A DNA stretch of 64,000 nt. Source: Thermoplasmatota archaeon. GTDB taxonomy: Archaea > Thermoplasmatota > JAKEGO01. Below, piece after piece: positions 39,748 through 48,564 of the stretch; positions within the stretch are counted from its first letter, which is position 1; every line of letters begins with the position of its first letter. The notes under the pieces are model-generated. The model was not told the DNA's origin, searched no databases, and saw nothing but the letters and a program-made list of their open reading frames with translations. The DNA lies in the NCBI GenBank assembly GCA_028279595.1, contig JANQNK010000004.1, positions 32,001 through 96,000 on the forward strand, in the 5' to 3' direction. Made by a program: the position numbers and the translations under genes.

Positions 39748-40566
39748 ATGAGATGGAATGTCATAGCGTTGACGCTCATTGCAGCGTTCTCACTCGTGCT
39801 TGTGAGCATGATCGGTGTTGTAGTAGCGCAGGAGGAGGGAGATCCGCAGCTATCCTACAAGCAGCCAACACTCTATATGAAATCGGACTCCGATGACGAT
39901 AGTGGCCGCATGTGGATGGATGCGAACCCAGATATGAACGGGAGTGTGGCGAGCCACACTTCACCCAACACACTTGGTTCAGGCACACATGGGGAGACCT
40001 ACAACCAGGATCCGGCACTGGATCACACCCTATACCTGGATCCATCAGCAGGAAACCTCGTTATCCATCTTCACATGGCGAGGTACGACTCCGGCACCCA
40101 CGACACCACTGTCCACTTCCAGCTCTCGGCGGGCAACATTGCTATCAACGCTGAGGTTCCAGAAGCCGAACCCGACCATTGGCATCTCGAGACCAACCTG
40201 AGCGACGACCAAACCGAGATAGCATCGGATACTACGATAACATTCTCATGGGACTACGACTTCTCGGGATCCGGCCAGTACGAGATGTGGTGTGATGGTT
40301 CGAGCTACATCACATTCCCTGTGGCCAAGGACACCGACAACGACGGCACTCCGGACACCATGGACGATGATGATGACAACGACGGTTATTCCGATGAGAA
40401 GGAGATCGCCGCGGGAACCGACCCGCTCGATCCAAACAGCAAGCCGAGCGGCGGCGGAGGCGGAGGAGATGACGACGAGAGCAGCAATCCTCTGCCCGGG
40501 TTCGAGAGCCTGATGGTACTGGCTGCCGCACCCGTCGCGATCATCGCGTTCAGGCGCAGGTTCTGA
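39748..40566 (+). CDS. Secreted PGF-CTERM protein with TSP3-like Ca-binding repeat
   Basis: Signal MRWNVIALTLIAAF...; DTDNDGTPDTMDDDDDNDGYSDEKE..GTDPLD; tail LPGFESLMVLAAAPVAIIAFRRRF. Confidence 0.85.
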   Translation: MRWNVIALTLIAAFSLVLVSMIGVVVAQEEGDPQLSYKQPTLYMKSDSDDDSGRMWMDANPDMNGSVASHTSPNTLGSGTHGETYNQDPALDHTLYLDPSAGNLVIHLHMARYDSGTHDTTVHFQLSAGNIAINAEVPEAEPDHWHLETNLSDDQTEIASDTTITFSWDYDFSGSGQYEMWCDGSSYITFPVAKDTDNDGTPDTMDDDDDNDGYSDEKEIAAGTDPLDPNSKPSGGGGGGDDDESSNPLPGFESLMVLAAAPVAIIAFRRRF

Positions 40567-40843
40567 TCCAAGTCCTAGGCAGGACTATAGGGACCAGGGT
40601 CCCTACCGAGGGGCCCACCATCCTTACATCTCAATAGTAGATCTAGTTCTTCTTCCGTACCGTCTACGGTATGCATACGACCTCCCATTGGAGAACTCAG
40701 AGACGTGGAAAGTCATTGTCCTGACCTGCTGGCGTTTTGACAGTTCGCGCTAGAACTGGAATTGACGGTTAGCACGGTTCATTCGGATGCATCAAATTCT
40801 AACCTTGAGAATGAGCCCTTTTTCCCACTTTTATAAAAAAGGT

Positions 40844-41173
40844 GGAACCGGGTCAAGGACATAAGCCCCCTTCTGTTCACCGGCCAAGGCCGGCTGGCGG
40901 CATTTGACTTAGCGCCCTACCCGCATCAAATGCAACTTGGGCTTGCTCCAACGGGGTCGGCCGTTTCATCAAATCCCGGCGGAACCTCTCCGCCAACGCG
41001 GTTCATAGTACACCCGCCGGGCTGTGTCGTTTCTGCTCCGTCGCGAATGCGCCCGTCCAGGACGGGGCCTGGCCTCTCGACCAGCGGAAGTGAATCCGCC
41101 CGCTTTTAAGATGGAGGGGGGACTTTCCTCAGCGCCATACGGCACCGTCAGCCGCCCGCCTTCTCCCGGTTCC
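40844..41173 (-). ncRNA. rnpB: Archaeal RNase P RNA
   Basis: Minus strand has GAGGAAAGUCCCCCCUCC and AACAGAAGGGGGCUUAU (P4), AGAAAC/UGAAAC conserved regions and GGAGCAAG. P1 pairs GGAACCGGG with CCCGGUUCC. TTTAAG box ~25 nt upstream and a T-tract downstream. Confidence 0.96.
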
Positions 41174-41293
41174 GGTCCCGAACGGACGGAGCGGCCTTAA
41201 ATAGGTGTCGATGTACGCGGGGTCATCGTACCGGATTTACCGTAAACTATTTGGCTACGGTCATCTACTCATCGAATTAGAGGAGGTGTCAGT

Positions 41294-43642
41294 CTGAAAG
41301 CAACCGCCTTTGTCCTGATATCGATCATGCTCATGACCGTCCTGGTACCTGTGGTCAGCTCGATCGAGCCTGCCAGTGGACCCGGGACCGCATTCGAACG
41401 ACCTGATGGGGACCCCGTTCTGCAGTGGGGCCTGGGCCTTATCATGGAGGACGCCGCGGACGACGAGCCATTCGAGGTCATAGTCCAGTTCCACGATCCG
41501 CTGACCAAGAGAACCACGGAAACGGTGGAAGCACTCGGATTCGAGGTCTACAGGGAGATCCCCCTGTTCGATGCCCTCTTCATGGAAGGAGCGAAGGCAT
41601 CCATCCTTACGCTTGCGGGGCGCGATGACGTTGAATTCATCGAATACAACGCACCGATGCAAAATCACATGAACCTCAGCGCCAAGACAATATCGGCCAC
41701 GGACGTCTGGAACAGGCAGGTCCTCAGGGATGACGGCGAGGAGACGATAGACGGAACTGGAGTTACGGTCGTCGTCCTCGATTCCGGCATCGACGGGACC
41801 CACCCCGACCTGCCATACACCCCCGTCAACATCGAGGGGGGATCGAGGCCGCAGAAGGGTGACAAGGTCATATTCAACGCCAAGAAGGACCAGGACATCA
41901 TCGGGGAGCCGTGGGTCCAGTTCATCGACACTGACACGACCTCCGGCCATGGTACGCATTGCGCCGGGACGGTCGGCGGTACCGGCGCTGCGGCCGCAGG
42001 CGCAAAGGCTGGCATCGCTCCGAACGCGTGGCTGATAGGCTTGAGCATGGGCGAGCTCTTCATGACGATCGACGAGTACTCCGGACTCGAGTGGGTCTAC
42101 GAGCATTCGCGCCCGGGTGACAATCCGGCCAACATCAGGGTCGTGACCAACAGCTGGGGACCGGGATGGCCGTTCGACGCCCTCGACCCCAACGAACTCT
42201 CGTCGCAGATGATCGACAAGATAGTCACAGAGAACAACGTCGCGGTGATCTTCGCAGCCGGGAACGACGGCAGCGACAACCACGATGGTTCTTCCGACAC
42301 GACCAACATATTCGCGAAGGTGCCCGTGTCGATAGGCGTGGCCGCCACCCAGAGGGACGGATCCGGATTGGCGACGTTCACATCGAGGGGTGACGTGACC
42401 ATGAACGAGACCTGGCCGGACGTCGGCGCCCCGGGCGTCGGGATCTGGGCCCCCGCCGCTAGGGTGACGATGATCGGGGCTGCGACCATGGGAAGCGACA
42501 TCATCAGCCTCAGACAGCACGATCCCTACTACATGGCCATCAGCGGGACGAGCATGGCGACGCCGCATGTCGCTGGCCTCACGGCGCTGCTTTGGCAAGC
42601 CTGTCCGAGCCTGACCATGAGCGACGTGGTCGAGGACGGCCACACGGCAGACGAGACCGGCCTCTCGCCGTTCATGCACGAGACCGAGGTAATCCTGAAG
42701 GCGACCGCCGATTACATAGAGCAGGACGGCGACAATGGCGTGCCGGACAGCGACACCGTGGAGATAGGGCTCCTTGACAGACCTTACGATTATGCCCAGG
42801 GTTACGGAATGGTGAACTCCACCAAGGCAGTGGCCGTCGCCCTGATGCTGGACAAGATGAGGGACACCGACCACGACGGGAAGGTGGACAATGAGGACGT
42901 TACGGTATTCGACGCGATCAAGAAATACGAGAGCATCCTGATGGACCGCTTCGAGTCGCGAAGCGTCGATGTGATCACGACGTCGTTCGAGGGCCAGTTC
43001 GTCCATCCCTGGGAGGTCATCGATACTGTCCTCAACCAGTCGGCCCCGATGTACGGCCGGCGGATACCCCATACGAACCTGTACAAGACCCTCTACATCC
43101 CCGAGGACGCACTCGACCTCCACATAGTCATGGACATCGACCAGTTATCGGGGGGCCTAAACGTAGCCGACCTTTACATCACGATCGACGTCGACGGGGA
43201 CGGCGACGAGGACTGGACCCCGGACGGGGAACCGAATCCCCTGGCCATCCAGGACCAGAAGGAGTGGTACATCCACATCTCCACCGGCTTCATGAGCGAT
43301 TGGCGGGGTAGACCGTGGGGTTTCAATGTTACCGGTACGGCCTGGGGATGGGACCCCGAGGACCGTTTCGGCGCCCACTTCGAGGTCGAGATCGAGGTGA
43401 TACTCGACAGCGTGAAGGATCCCACGGTGGACTACGCACCCTACAGGTTCGGTACTAGGACCGACAACTACGGGGGGGGAGAGACCACCCTGCATCTCTA
43501 CTACTTCGATCTGAGGTCCGACCAGGGGGACGATGACGACTCCTCCGTGGTCTTCGACATGGTTCCCATGATAATCGGACTGATGGCAGTCGCGGGAGTC
43601 GCCTATTTCATCCTCACGAAGAGGAAGGACACGACGGAATGA
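41294..43642 (+). CDS. S8 (subtilisin-like) serine peptidase, secreted with C-terminal TM anchor
   Basis: VVVLDSGID, GHGTHCAG, FAAGN, SGTSMATPHVAG; probable CTG start at 41294 after GGAGGTG (track start 41327). Confidence 0.94.
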   Translation: MKATAFVLISIMLMTVLVPVVSSIEPASGPGTAFERPDGDPVLQWGLGLIMEDAADDEPFEVIVQFHDPLTKRTTETVEALGFEVYREIPLFDALFMEGAKASILTLAGRDDVEFIEYNAPMQNHMNLSAKTISATDVWNRQVLRDDGEETIDGTGVTVVVLDSGIDGTHPDLPYTPVNIEGGSRPQKGDKVIFNAKKDQDIIGEPWVQFIDTDTTSGHGTHCAGTVGGTGAAAAGAKAGIAPNAWLIGLSMGELFMTIDEYSGLEWVYEHSRPGDNPANIRVVTNSWGPGWPFDALDPNELSSQMIDKIVTENNVAVIFAAGNDGSDNHDGSSDTTNIFAKVPVSIGVAATQRDGSGLATFTSRGDVTMNETWPDVGAPGVGIWAPAARVTMIGAATMGSDIISLRQHDPYYMAISGTSMATPHVAGLTALLWQACPSLTMSDVVEDGHTADETGLSPFMHETEVILKATADYIEQDGDNGVPDSDTVEIGLLDRPYDYAQGYGMVNSTKAVAVALMLDKMRDTDHDGKVDNEDVTVFDAIKKYESILMDRFESRSVDVITTSFEGQFVHPWEVIDTVLNQSAPMYGRRIPHTNLYKTLYIPEDALDLHIVMDIDQLSGGLNVADLYITIDVDGDGDEDWTPDGEPNPLAIQDQKEWYIHISTGFMSDWRGRPWGFNVTGTAWGWDPEDRFGAHFEVEIEVILDSVKDPTVDYAPYRFGTRTDNYGGGETTLHLYYFDLRSDQGDDDDSSVVFDMVPMIIGLMAVAGVAYFILTKRKDTTE

Positions 43643-43684
43643 GCGCGTGCCAGCATACGGATTTTTATAGTCCCAGTCCGTTCA

Positions 43685-44182
43685 ATGGACGGTGAGATGA
43701 TGGCGAGCGGCGACCAGCTGGAGAAGGGGCATATACACCTGGCGAACGGAGAGTACGACAAGGCCGTCAAGGCATTCAAGGCGGCCGTGAAGGAGGCGGA
43801 GGAGCCGGAGGGATTCTTCGGGCTGGCGGAGTCCGCATCGGCCCTGGCGAAGTACTCGGTCCAGGACATCGCAGGCTGGTACAGGAAGGCCATCGACCTG
43901 GATCCCGGGAACGTCTACTACAGGACGGCATATGCCGAGTTCTGCCTCGAGAACGGGATCTTCAATGCGGCGGAGGAGCAGTACCTGGCCGTCGCCGACC
44001 TGGACATCGAGAACGCTCATATCTACATGGCCGATTTCGCTGCCTCGTACGCGAAATGGGCTGTCGAGTTCCCGGAAAGGACAGGGCTAGAACCGGACCA
44101 GATCTCCCGGAAGGCGCTGGATTACGGCCTGAAGGCCCTGAACATGACCCCGGACGACGCCAAACGCCTCCTGGAAGGGTGA
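43685..44182 (+). CDS. TPR-repeat protein
   Basis: GEYDKAVKAFKAA, YRKAIDLDPGNVYYR. Confidence 0.8.
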   Translation: MDGEMMASGDQLEKGHIHLANGEYDKAVKAFKAAVKEAEEPEGFFGLAESASALAKYSVQDIAGWYRKAIDLDPGNVYYRTAYAEFCLENGIFNAAEEQYLAVADLDIENAHIYMADFAASYAKWAVEFPERTGLEPDQISRKALDYGLKALNMTPDDAKRLLEG

Positions 44183-44272
44183 AACGCCCATAACTGGTCG
44201 TATTTCCTGGGAGCCAACACATTTATATGTAATATTGGATTTCCTACCAGCAACAATCAAGGGGGTAAATGG

Positions 44273-44395
44273 ATGGACATATTTCCAACATGTCCTCAGT
44301 GTGAGGAGGGGAGGCTTCTTCCATTCTCACGGGGGGAGGATATATTCGAGCTTTGGAAATGCTCGCATTGCGGCTACACTGTTTACAAGAAGTGA
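44273..44395 (+). CDS. 40-aa zinc-finger microprotein (CPxC...CxxCG)
   Basis: MDIFPTCPQCEEGRLLPFSRGEDIFELWKCSHCGYTVYKK*; GGGGGT SD and TTTATAT box upstream; below the track's length cut-off. Confidence 0.8.
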   Translation: MDIFPTCPQCEEGRLLPFSRGEDIFELWKCSHCGYTVYKK

Positions 44396-44410
44396 ACGGG
44401 GAGGAAGGAA

Positions 44411-45622
44411 ATGTTCGAGGAGCTTTTCTCTAAGAGAACGCAAGCCATGAAGGCATCGGAGATAAGGGAGCTGCTGAAGCTCGTCACGTCGGACGACATC
44501 ATATCGTTCGCCGGGGGACTGCCCAACCCGAAGACGTTCCCGGCCAGCGAGCTGGCGGACGTATGCACGACGGTCCTGCAGGAGCATCAGGCCAAGGCGC
44601 TCCAGTATGGGACCACCGAGGGTGTTCTCAGCCTCAGGGAGGAGATCTGCAAGCGTATGAAGAGGACGATTGACCTGGACGTAGGTCCGGACAACATCGT
44701 CATCACATCCGGGTCCCAGCAGGGCCTGGACCTGCTTGGCAAGATGTTCATCGACCCGGGCGACGCCATCGTGGTAGAGGCTCCGTCCTACCTCGGAGCC
44801 GTCGGCGCCTTCAAATCATACGAGCCCAACTTCGTCGCGATCGAGCTCGACGATGACGGGATGAAGATCGATCTCCTCGAGGAGCAGCTCGCCAACCTCA
44901 AGAAGAGATTCGTTATCCCCAAGTTCGTCTACGTGGTCCCGACGTTCCAGAACCCCGCCGGGGTGACGATGACGGACAGCAGGCGCGACAAGCTCGTCGA
45001 ACTCTCGCATGAGTACGATTTCATCATCATCGAGGACTCGCCTTACGAAAACCTCAGGTACGCTGGAAAGGATATCAAACCGCTGATTGTCAAGGCGCCC
45101 GACCGTACACTGAATCTCGGAACGTTCTCCAAGACCTTCGCGCCCGGATTCAGGATCGCCTGGACCATGGGGCCGGCCGACCTGGTCAGGAAGGTCGTCA
45201 TATCCAAGCAGTCCGCGGACCTGTGCACCGCTCCCTTCTCGCAGTTCATCATCGCCGAATACATGTCGAGAGGGCTTCTCGACCCGCACATCGAGGAGAT
45301 CAAGAAGCTCTACAGCACCAAGCGGGACATAATGTTGAAGGCACTCGACGAGAACATGCCCGAGGAGGTCAGCTGGACGAAGCCGGAAGGAGGTCTTTTC
45401 CTGTGGGTAAGGGCGCCGTCCTACGTGGACACGAAGGACATGTTCCTCAGGGCTATCGAGAAGAAGGTAGCCTACGTGACCGGCACGGCGTTCTACGGCG
45501 ACGGCAGAGGCACCAACGAGATGCGTCTGAACTTCAGCTTCGAGACCGACGAGAGGATCCACACCGGAGTCGAGAGACTCGCCGAGGTCCTGAGGGACGA
45601 GATCAAGAGACAGTCCCCCTAG
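44411..45622 (+). CDS. PLP-dependent aminotransferase class I/II (LysN/Aro8-like)
   Basis: ISFAGGLP, ALQYG.TEG, PTFQNPAG, EDSPY, GTFSKTFAPGFRIAW, MRLNFS. Confidence 0.94.
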   Translation: MFEELFSKRTQAMKASEIRELLKLVTSDDIISFAGGLPNPKTFPASELADVCTTVLQEHQAKALQYGTTEGVLSLREEICKRMKRTIDLDVGPDNIVITSGSQQGLDLLGKMFIDPGDAIVVEAPSYLGAVGAFKSYEPNFVAIELDDDGMKIDLLEEQLANLKKRFVIPKFVYVVPTFQNPAGVTMTDSRRDKLVELSHEYDFIIIEDSPYENLRYAGKDIKPLIVKAPDRTLNLGTFSKTFAPGFRIAWTMGPADLVRKVVISKQSADLCTAPFSQFIIAEYMSRGLLDPHIEEIKKLYSTKRDIMLKALDENMPEEVSWTKPEGGLFLWVRAPSYVDTKDMFLRAIEKKVAYVTGTAFYGDGRGTNEMRLNFSFETDERIHTGVERLAEVLRDEIKRQSP

Positions 45623-45680
45623 GGTTCCCTGGAACGTGATTAACAGATCGATAGGTCAGTGATAACTGGGGTCCGTTCCA

Positions 45681-47552
45681 TCACTTCTTCTTGACCCTGT
45701 CCACGATGCCCTGGAATATCTCTTTGGCCTCGTTGTACTTGGTGACGTCCTTCAGGAGTGGCGTTAACCTTTCAATATCCCCCTGGAGGGCTGGGGCCTT
45801 GATCTTCGACACGACCGTCTGCATCTTGTTCAGGCGCTCGACGCGCTGCTCGAAGACAGTGAAGTTCTTGTTTATCTTAGCCTGATCGCCTGTGGCAACG
45901 ATCTTCTCCAGTATCGCGACGTCGAAACCGTCGGCCTTCCACTTGGCGATCGTGGCGGCGACGTCGTCCCCCTCGTCAGCCGCGGGAGCGGGCTCGGGGG
46001 GTGCTGGTGCCGGTTCAGGCACAGGCGGGGCCTTCGCGGGCTGGGCGAGATGGGCCTCGGCCTTCGCAAGCGTGCTCATGAGATCGTCCAGGAGCTTCCT
46101 GGCCTCGCCGACGCGATCGGGTTCGGAGAGCAGAACGAGGATACTCTGCTTTACCTTGTCCCCCTCGTGCAGGTCGAGGGCGTCCAGTTCCTCGCGCAGT
46201 GATGCGGCCTTCGCCACGTTATCGATGAATGCCGGATACTTTGCCTCGAATCCCGCGACATCACTGTCCAGGAGGCCCATCATCTTGTCGATGTTGTAAC
46301 CCTGCTCCCTGAGGACCCTGAGGTCCTCCTTGTACTCCGCCTTCTTGTCCTTCGGAGCGGCTGGTTCAGGGGGAGCCTCCTCGCCCTCGATGTCGATCTT
46401 CTTCATTCCCTCGATCCGATCGGAAAGGGTATCGACCTCGGCCATGAGCTTGTCGAGCTCCTTTTCGATGGTCTCACCCGTTCCGGACTCACCCGTCTCC
46501 TCGATCCCCGCGGTCTTCATCATCTGCTCGCCGAGCTCTGACGTCAGTGCAGACATCTTCTCCTCGGGGGTGGGCGCAGGCGCCTCGACCGGGGGTGGTG
46601 CCTCCGGTGCGGGTTCAGGTTCGGGCTTCGGTTCTGGCTCGGGCTCGGGTTCCGGTTCAGGTTCAGGCTCGGGTTCCGGCGCCTTCTCGGGCTCCTTCGC
46701 TGCTGGCGCGGGAGCCTTCTTTGCCGGCTTGCCCGGCTTGACGTGCTCCGCGAAGTCCTTCGGCAGCTCGGGGACGGTATCTCCCACTGTCATTCCGAGC
46801 CTCTCGATGATCTCCTCGGCGAGGGCCAGATAGGCCTTTGCGCCCTTGTGATAGGGCATGTAGTAGATGATCGGCTTTCCGACGTCCGGAGCCTCTGCGA
46901 GCTTGATGGTCCTCGGGATGATGGTCTCGAAGACGAGCGGGCCCATTGCCTTCTTGACCTCCTCGACCATCCTCTTCGAGAGGCGTGTCCTTGCGTCGTA
47001 CATTGTCATGAGCACACCGTCGATGACGAGGTCGGAGTTGATGTTGTCCATGACGAGCTTGACCGTGTCCAGCAGCTTGCTGAGACCCTCGAGCGCGTAA
47101 TACTCGCACTGTAGGGGAATGATGACAGAATCGGACGCACTGAGGTTGTTGATCGTGAGGAGACCCAGTGATGGAGGACTGTCGAGAATGATGAAATCGT
47201 ACTCGTCCCTTATCGAACCGAGCTTCCTCTTCAGGATCGTCTCCCTGTATATCTCCGAGACGAGCTCCAATTCGGCGGCCGCGAGGTTGACGTCCGAGGG
47301 GACCAGGAAGAGGTTCTCCCATTCTGTCGGCATGACGACGTCCTCGATCGGCAGGCGGCCGATCATGACCTCGTAGATCGTCTTACCGGGGGGCGGAGCC
47401 GTTCCGAGGCCGGTGGCAAGGTTGCCCTGGGAATCGGTGTCGATGAGAAGCACCTTCTTGCCGATCTTTGCAAGACAAGCGCCGAGACTGATGGATGTGG
47501 TCGTCTTGCCCACACCACCCTTCTGGTTTGCGATCACGATCACGCGTCCCAT
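45681..47552 (-). CDS. parA: ParA/Soj family ATPase with ~370-aa C-terminal extension
   Basis: NQKGGVGKTT deviant Walker A, DTDSQGN, LDSPPSLG, PLQCEYYALEG, IPRTIKLAEAP; followed by a Pro/Glu linker and helical repeats. Confidence 0.93.
   Translation of the reverse strand: MGRVIVIANQKGGVGKTTTSISLGACLAKIGKKVLLIDTDSQGNLATGLGTAPPPGKTIYEVMIGRLPIEDVVMPTEWENLFLVPSDVNLAAAELELVSEIYRETILKRKLGSIRDEYDFIILDSPPSLGLLTINNLSASDSVIIPLQCEYYALEGLSKLLDTVKLVMDNINSDLVIDGVLMTMYDARTRLSKRMVEEVKKAMGPLVFETIIPRTIKLAEAPDVGKPIIYYMPYHKGAKAYLALAEEIIERLGMTVGDTVPELPKDFAEHVKPGKPAKKAPAPAAKEPEKAPEPEPEPEPEPEPEPEPKPEPEPAPEAPPPVEAPAPTPEEKMSALTSELGEQMMKTAGIEETGESGTGETIEKELDKLMAEVDTLSDRIEGMKKIDIEGEEAPPEPAAPKDKKAEYKEDLRVLREQGYNIDKMMGLLDSDVAGFEAKYPAFIDNVAKAASLREELDALDLHEGDKVKQSILVLLSEPDRVGEARKLLDDLMSTLAKAEAHLAQPAKAPPVPEPAPAPPEPAPAADEGDDVAATIAKWKADGFDVAILEKIVATGDQAKINKNFTVFEQRVERLNKMQTVVSKIKAPALQGDIERLTPLLKDVTKYNEAKEIFQGIVDRVKKK
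46610..46680 (-). repeat. (PE)n low-complexity linker in ParA
   Basis: Degenerate 6-bp repeat encoding PEPEPEPEPEPEPEPEPKPEPEP. Confidence 0.85.
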
Positions 47553-47582
47553 ATCTTCACCTTGTTTCGACGTCGAACTCCC

Positions 47583-48314
47583 TCATGTCTCGATGAGGGT
47601 GTCAAGTTCCTGGCTCAGTTTCTTCAGTTCGTCTATGCCCTCGCTGATGGCTTCCTCGAAGCTCTTGCCGTCGTCCTCCAGATCCTCGTCGGGCGAGGGT
47701 CCGGGTTCCGGTTCCGCGGGTTCTGGTCTAGGAGCGTTCACCGTCAGCAACGGTGCCGGTTTCGCTTGCTCGGGCGCGGCTGTCACAACTGGCTCCGCGA
47801 TGACCTCGACCGGCACCGGTTCTCCGTCCTCGTGCTCGGCTGAGGGCTTCTTCTCGCTCTCCAGCTCCTTCACCTGTTCGGACACCTTCGCGAAGAGTCC
47901 GGTCAGACCCCGGCCCTTCTCGCCGTTCGTCGGCGAGTGCCGCAAGGCTTCCAGGCGCCGCTGCCTTCGTTCCTCGATGAGTGCCTTCTTGTCCTCGTTG
48001 GTCAGGACGAGCTTTGCCTCGGGGTTTGCGGCGATCACGGCATCGATGGCCTGCACGGTCCATTCGAACTGGTCCGTCCAGGTGCCTTTCAGGGACTTGA
48101 TCCTGTCGAGGGCCTCCTTGCCCAGCCATCTGCCCTCGTCGTCGATGAACTCGGCCGCCTGGGCCTCCCCGTTGACCGCCAGAAGGGCGGCATCGGCCGA
48201 CTCCTCGATTCCTGCGATAAGTAGATAACCGGTGACGGACCGACTTTTGATGATCTCAAGCGGGTCGCCGTCAAGCCCCTCCTGAACCCTCGTCCCTTCT
48301 AATGCCTCCATCAT
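47583..48314 (-). CDS. Hypothetical ParA-associated protein (DUF2226-like N-terminus, Pro/Glu linker, C-terminal helix)
   Basis: TGYLLI...NG...AAE...G..LGKEALDRI...NPEAKL resembles DUF2226 (by eye); ends 30 nt upstream of parA on the same strand. Confidence 0.75.
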   Translation of the reverse strand: MMEALEGTRVQEGLDGDPLEIIKSRSVTGYLLIAGIEESADAALLAVNGEAQAAEFIDDEGRWLGKEALDRIKSLKGTWTDQFEWTVQAIDAVIAANPEAKLVLTNEDKKALIEERRQRRLEALRHSPTNGEKGRGLTGLFAKVSEQVKELESEKKPSAEHEDGEPVPVEVIAEPVVTAAPEQAKPAPLLTVNAPRPEPAEPEPGPSPDEDLEDDGKSFEEAISEGIDELKKLSQELDTLIET

Positions 48315-48369
48315 ACGGATCGCCTGTCAGAGGCGTGTCTTTCCGCGCCCATGGGTTGGCGATAATGTA

Positions 48370-48385
48370 CTTTTATCTATAAAAG
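48370..48385. promoter_or_regulatory. Palindromic TATA/operator upstream of the partner-parA operon
   Basis: CTTTTAT-CT-ATAAAAG, 7-bp inverted repeat. Confidence 0.45.
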
Positions 48386-48564
48386 GGTATTGAGATTGTA
48401 ACCATTACTGGACCTTAATCCACCATCGTGAATTACCCACCTCCCAGGCACCATCATTTCCTGTGGAGATGAGGGGTATTCCGGGACTTCCGGCAGGCCG
48501 ATCATCAGCATTGCTGTTCCTGGTGATGAAAAGGGGTCTAGATATTGGATATATTCCAGGTCGA

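Noticed and set aside
40570-40843. Short hairpins and the palindrome CCACTTTTATAAAAAAGGTGG
   Set aside because: Adequately explained as terminators between convergent transcripts; no second copy found
41261-43123. 620-aa minus-strand ORF
   Set aside because: Antisense to the S8 protease, which has a full catalytic triad
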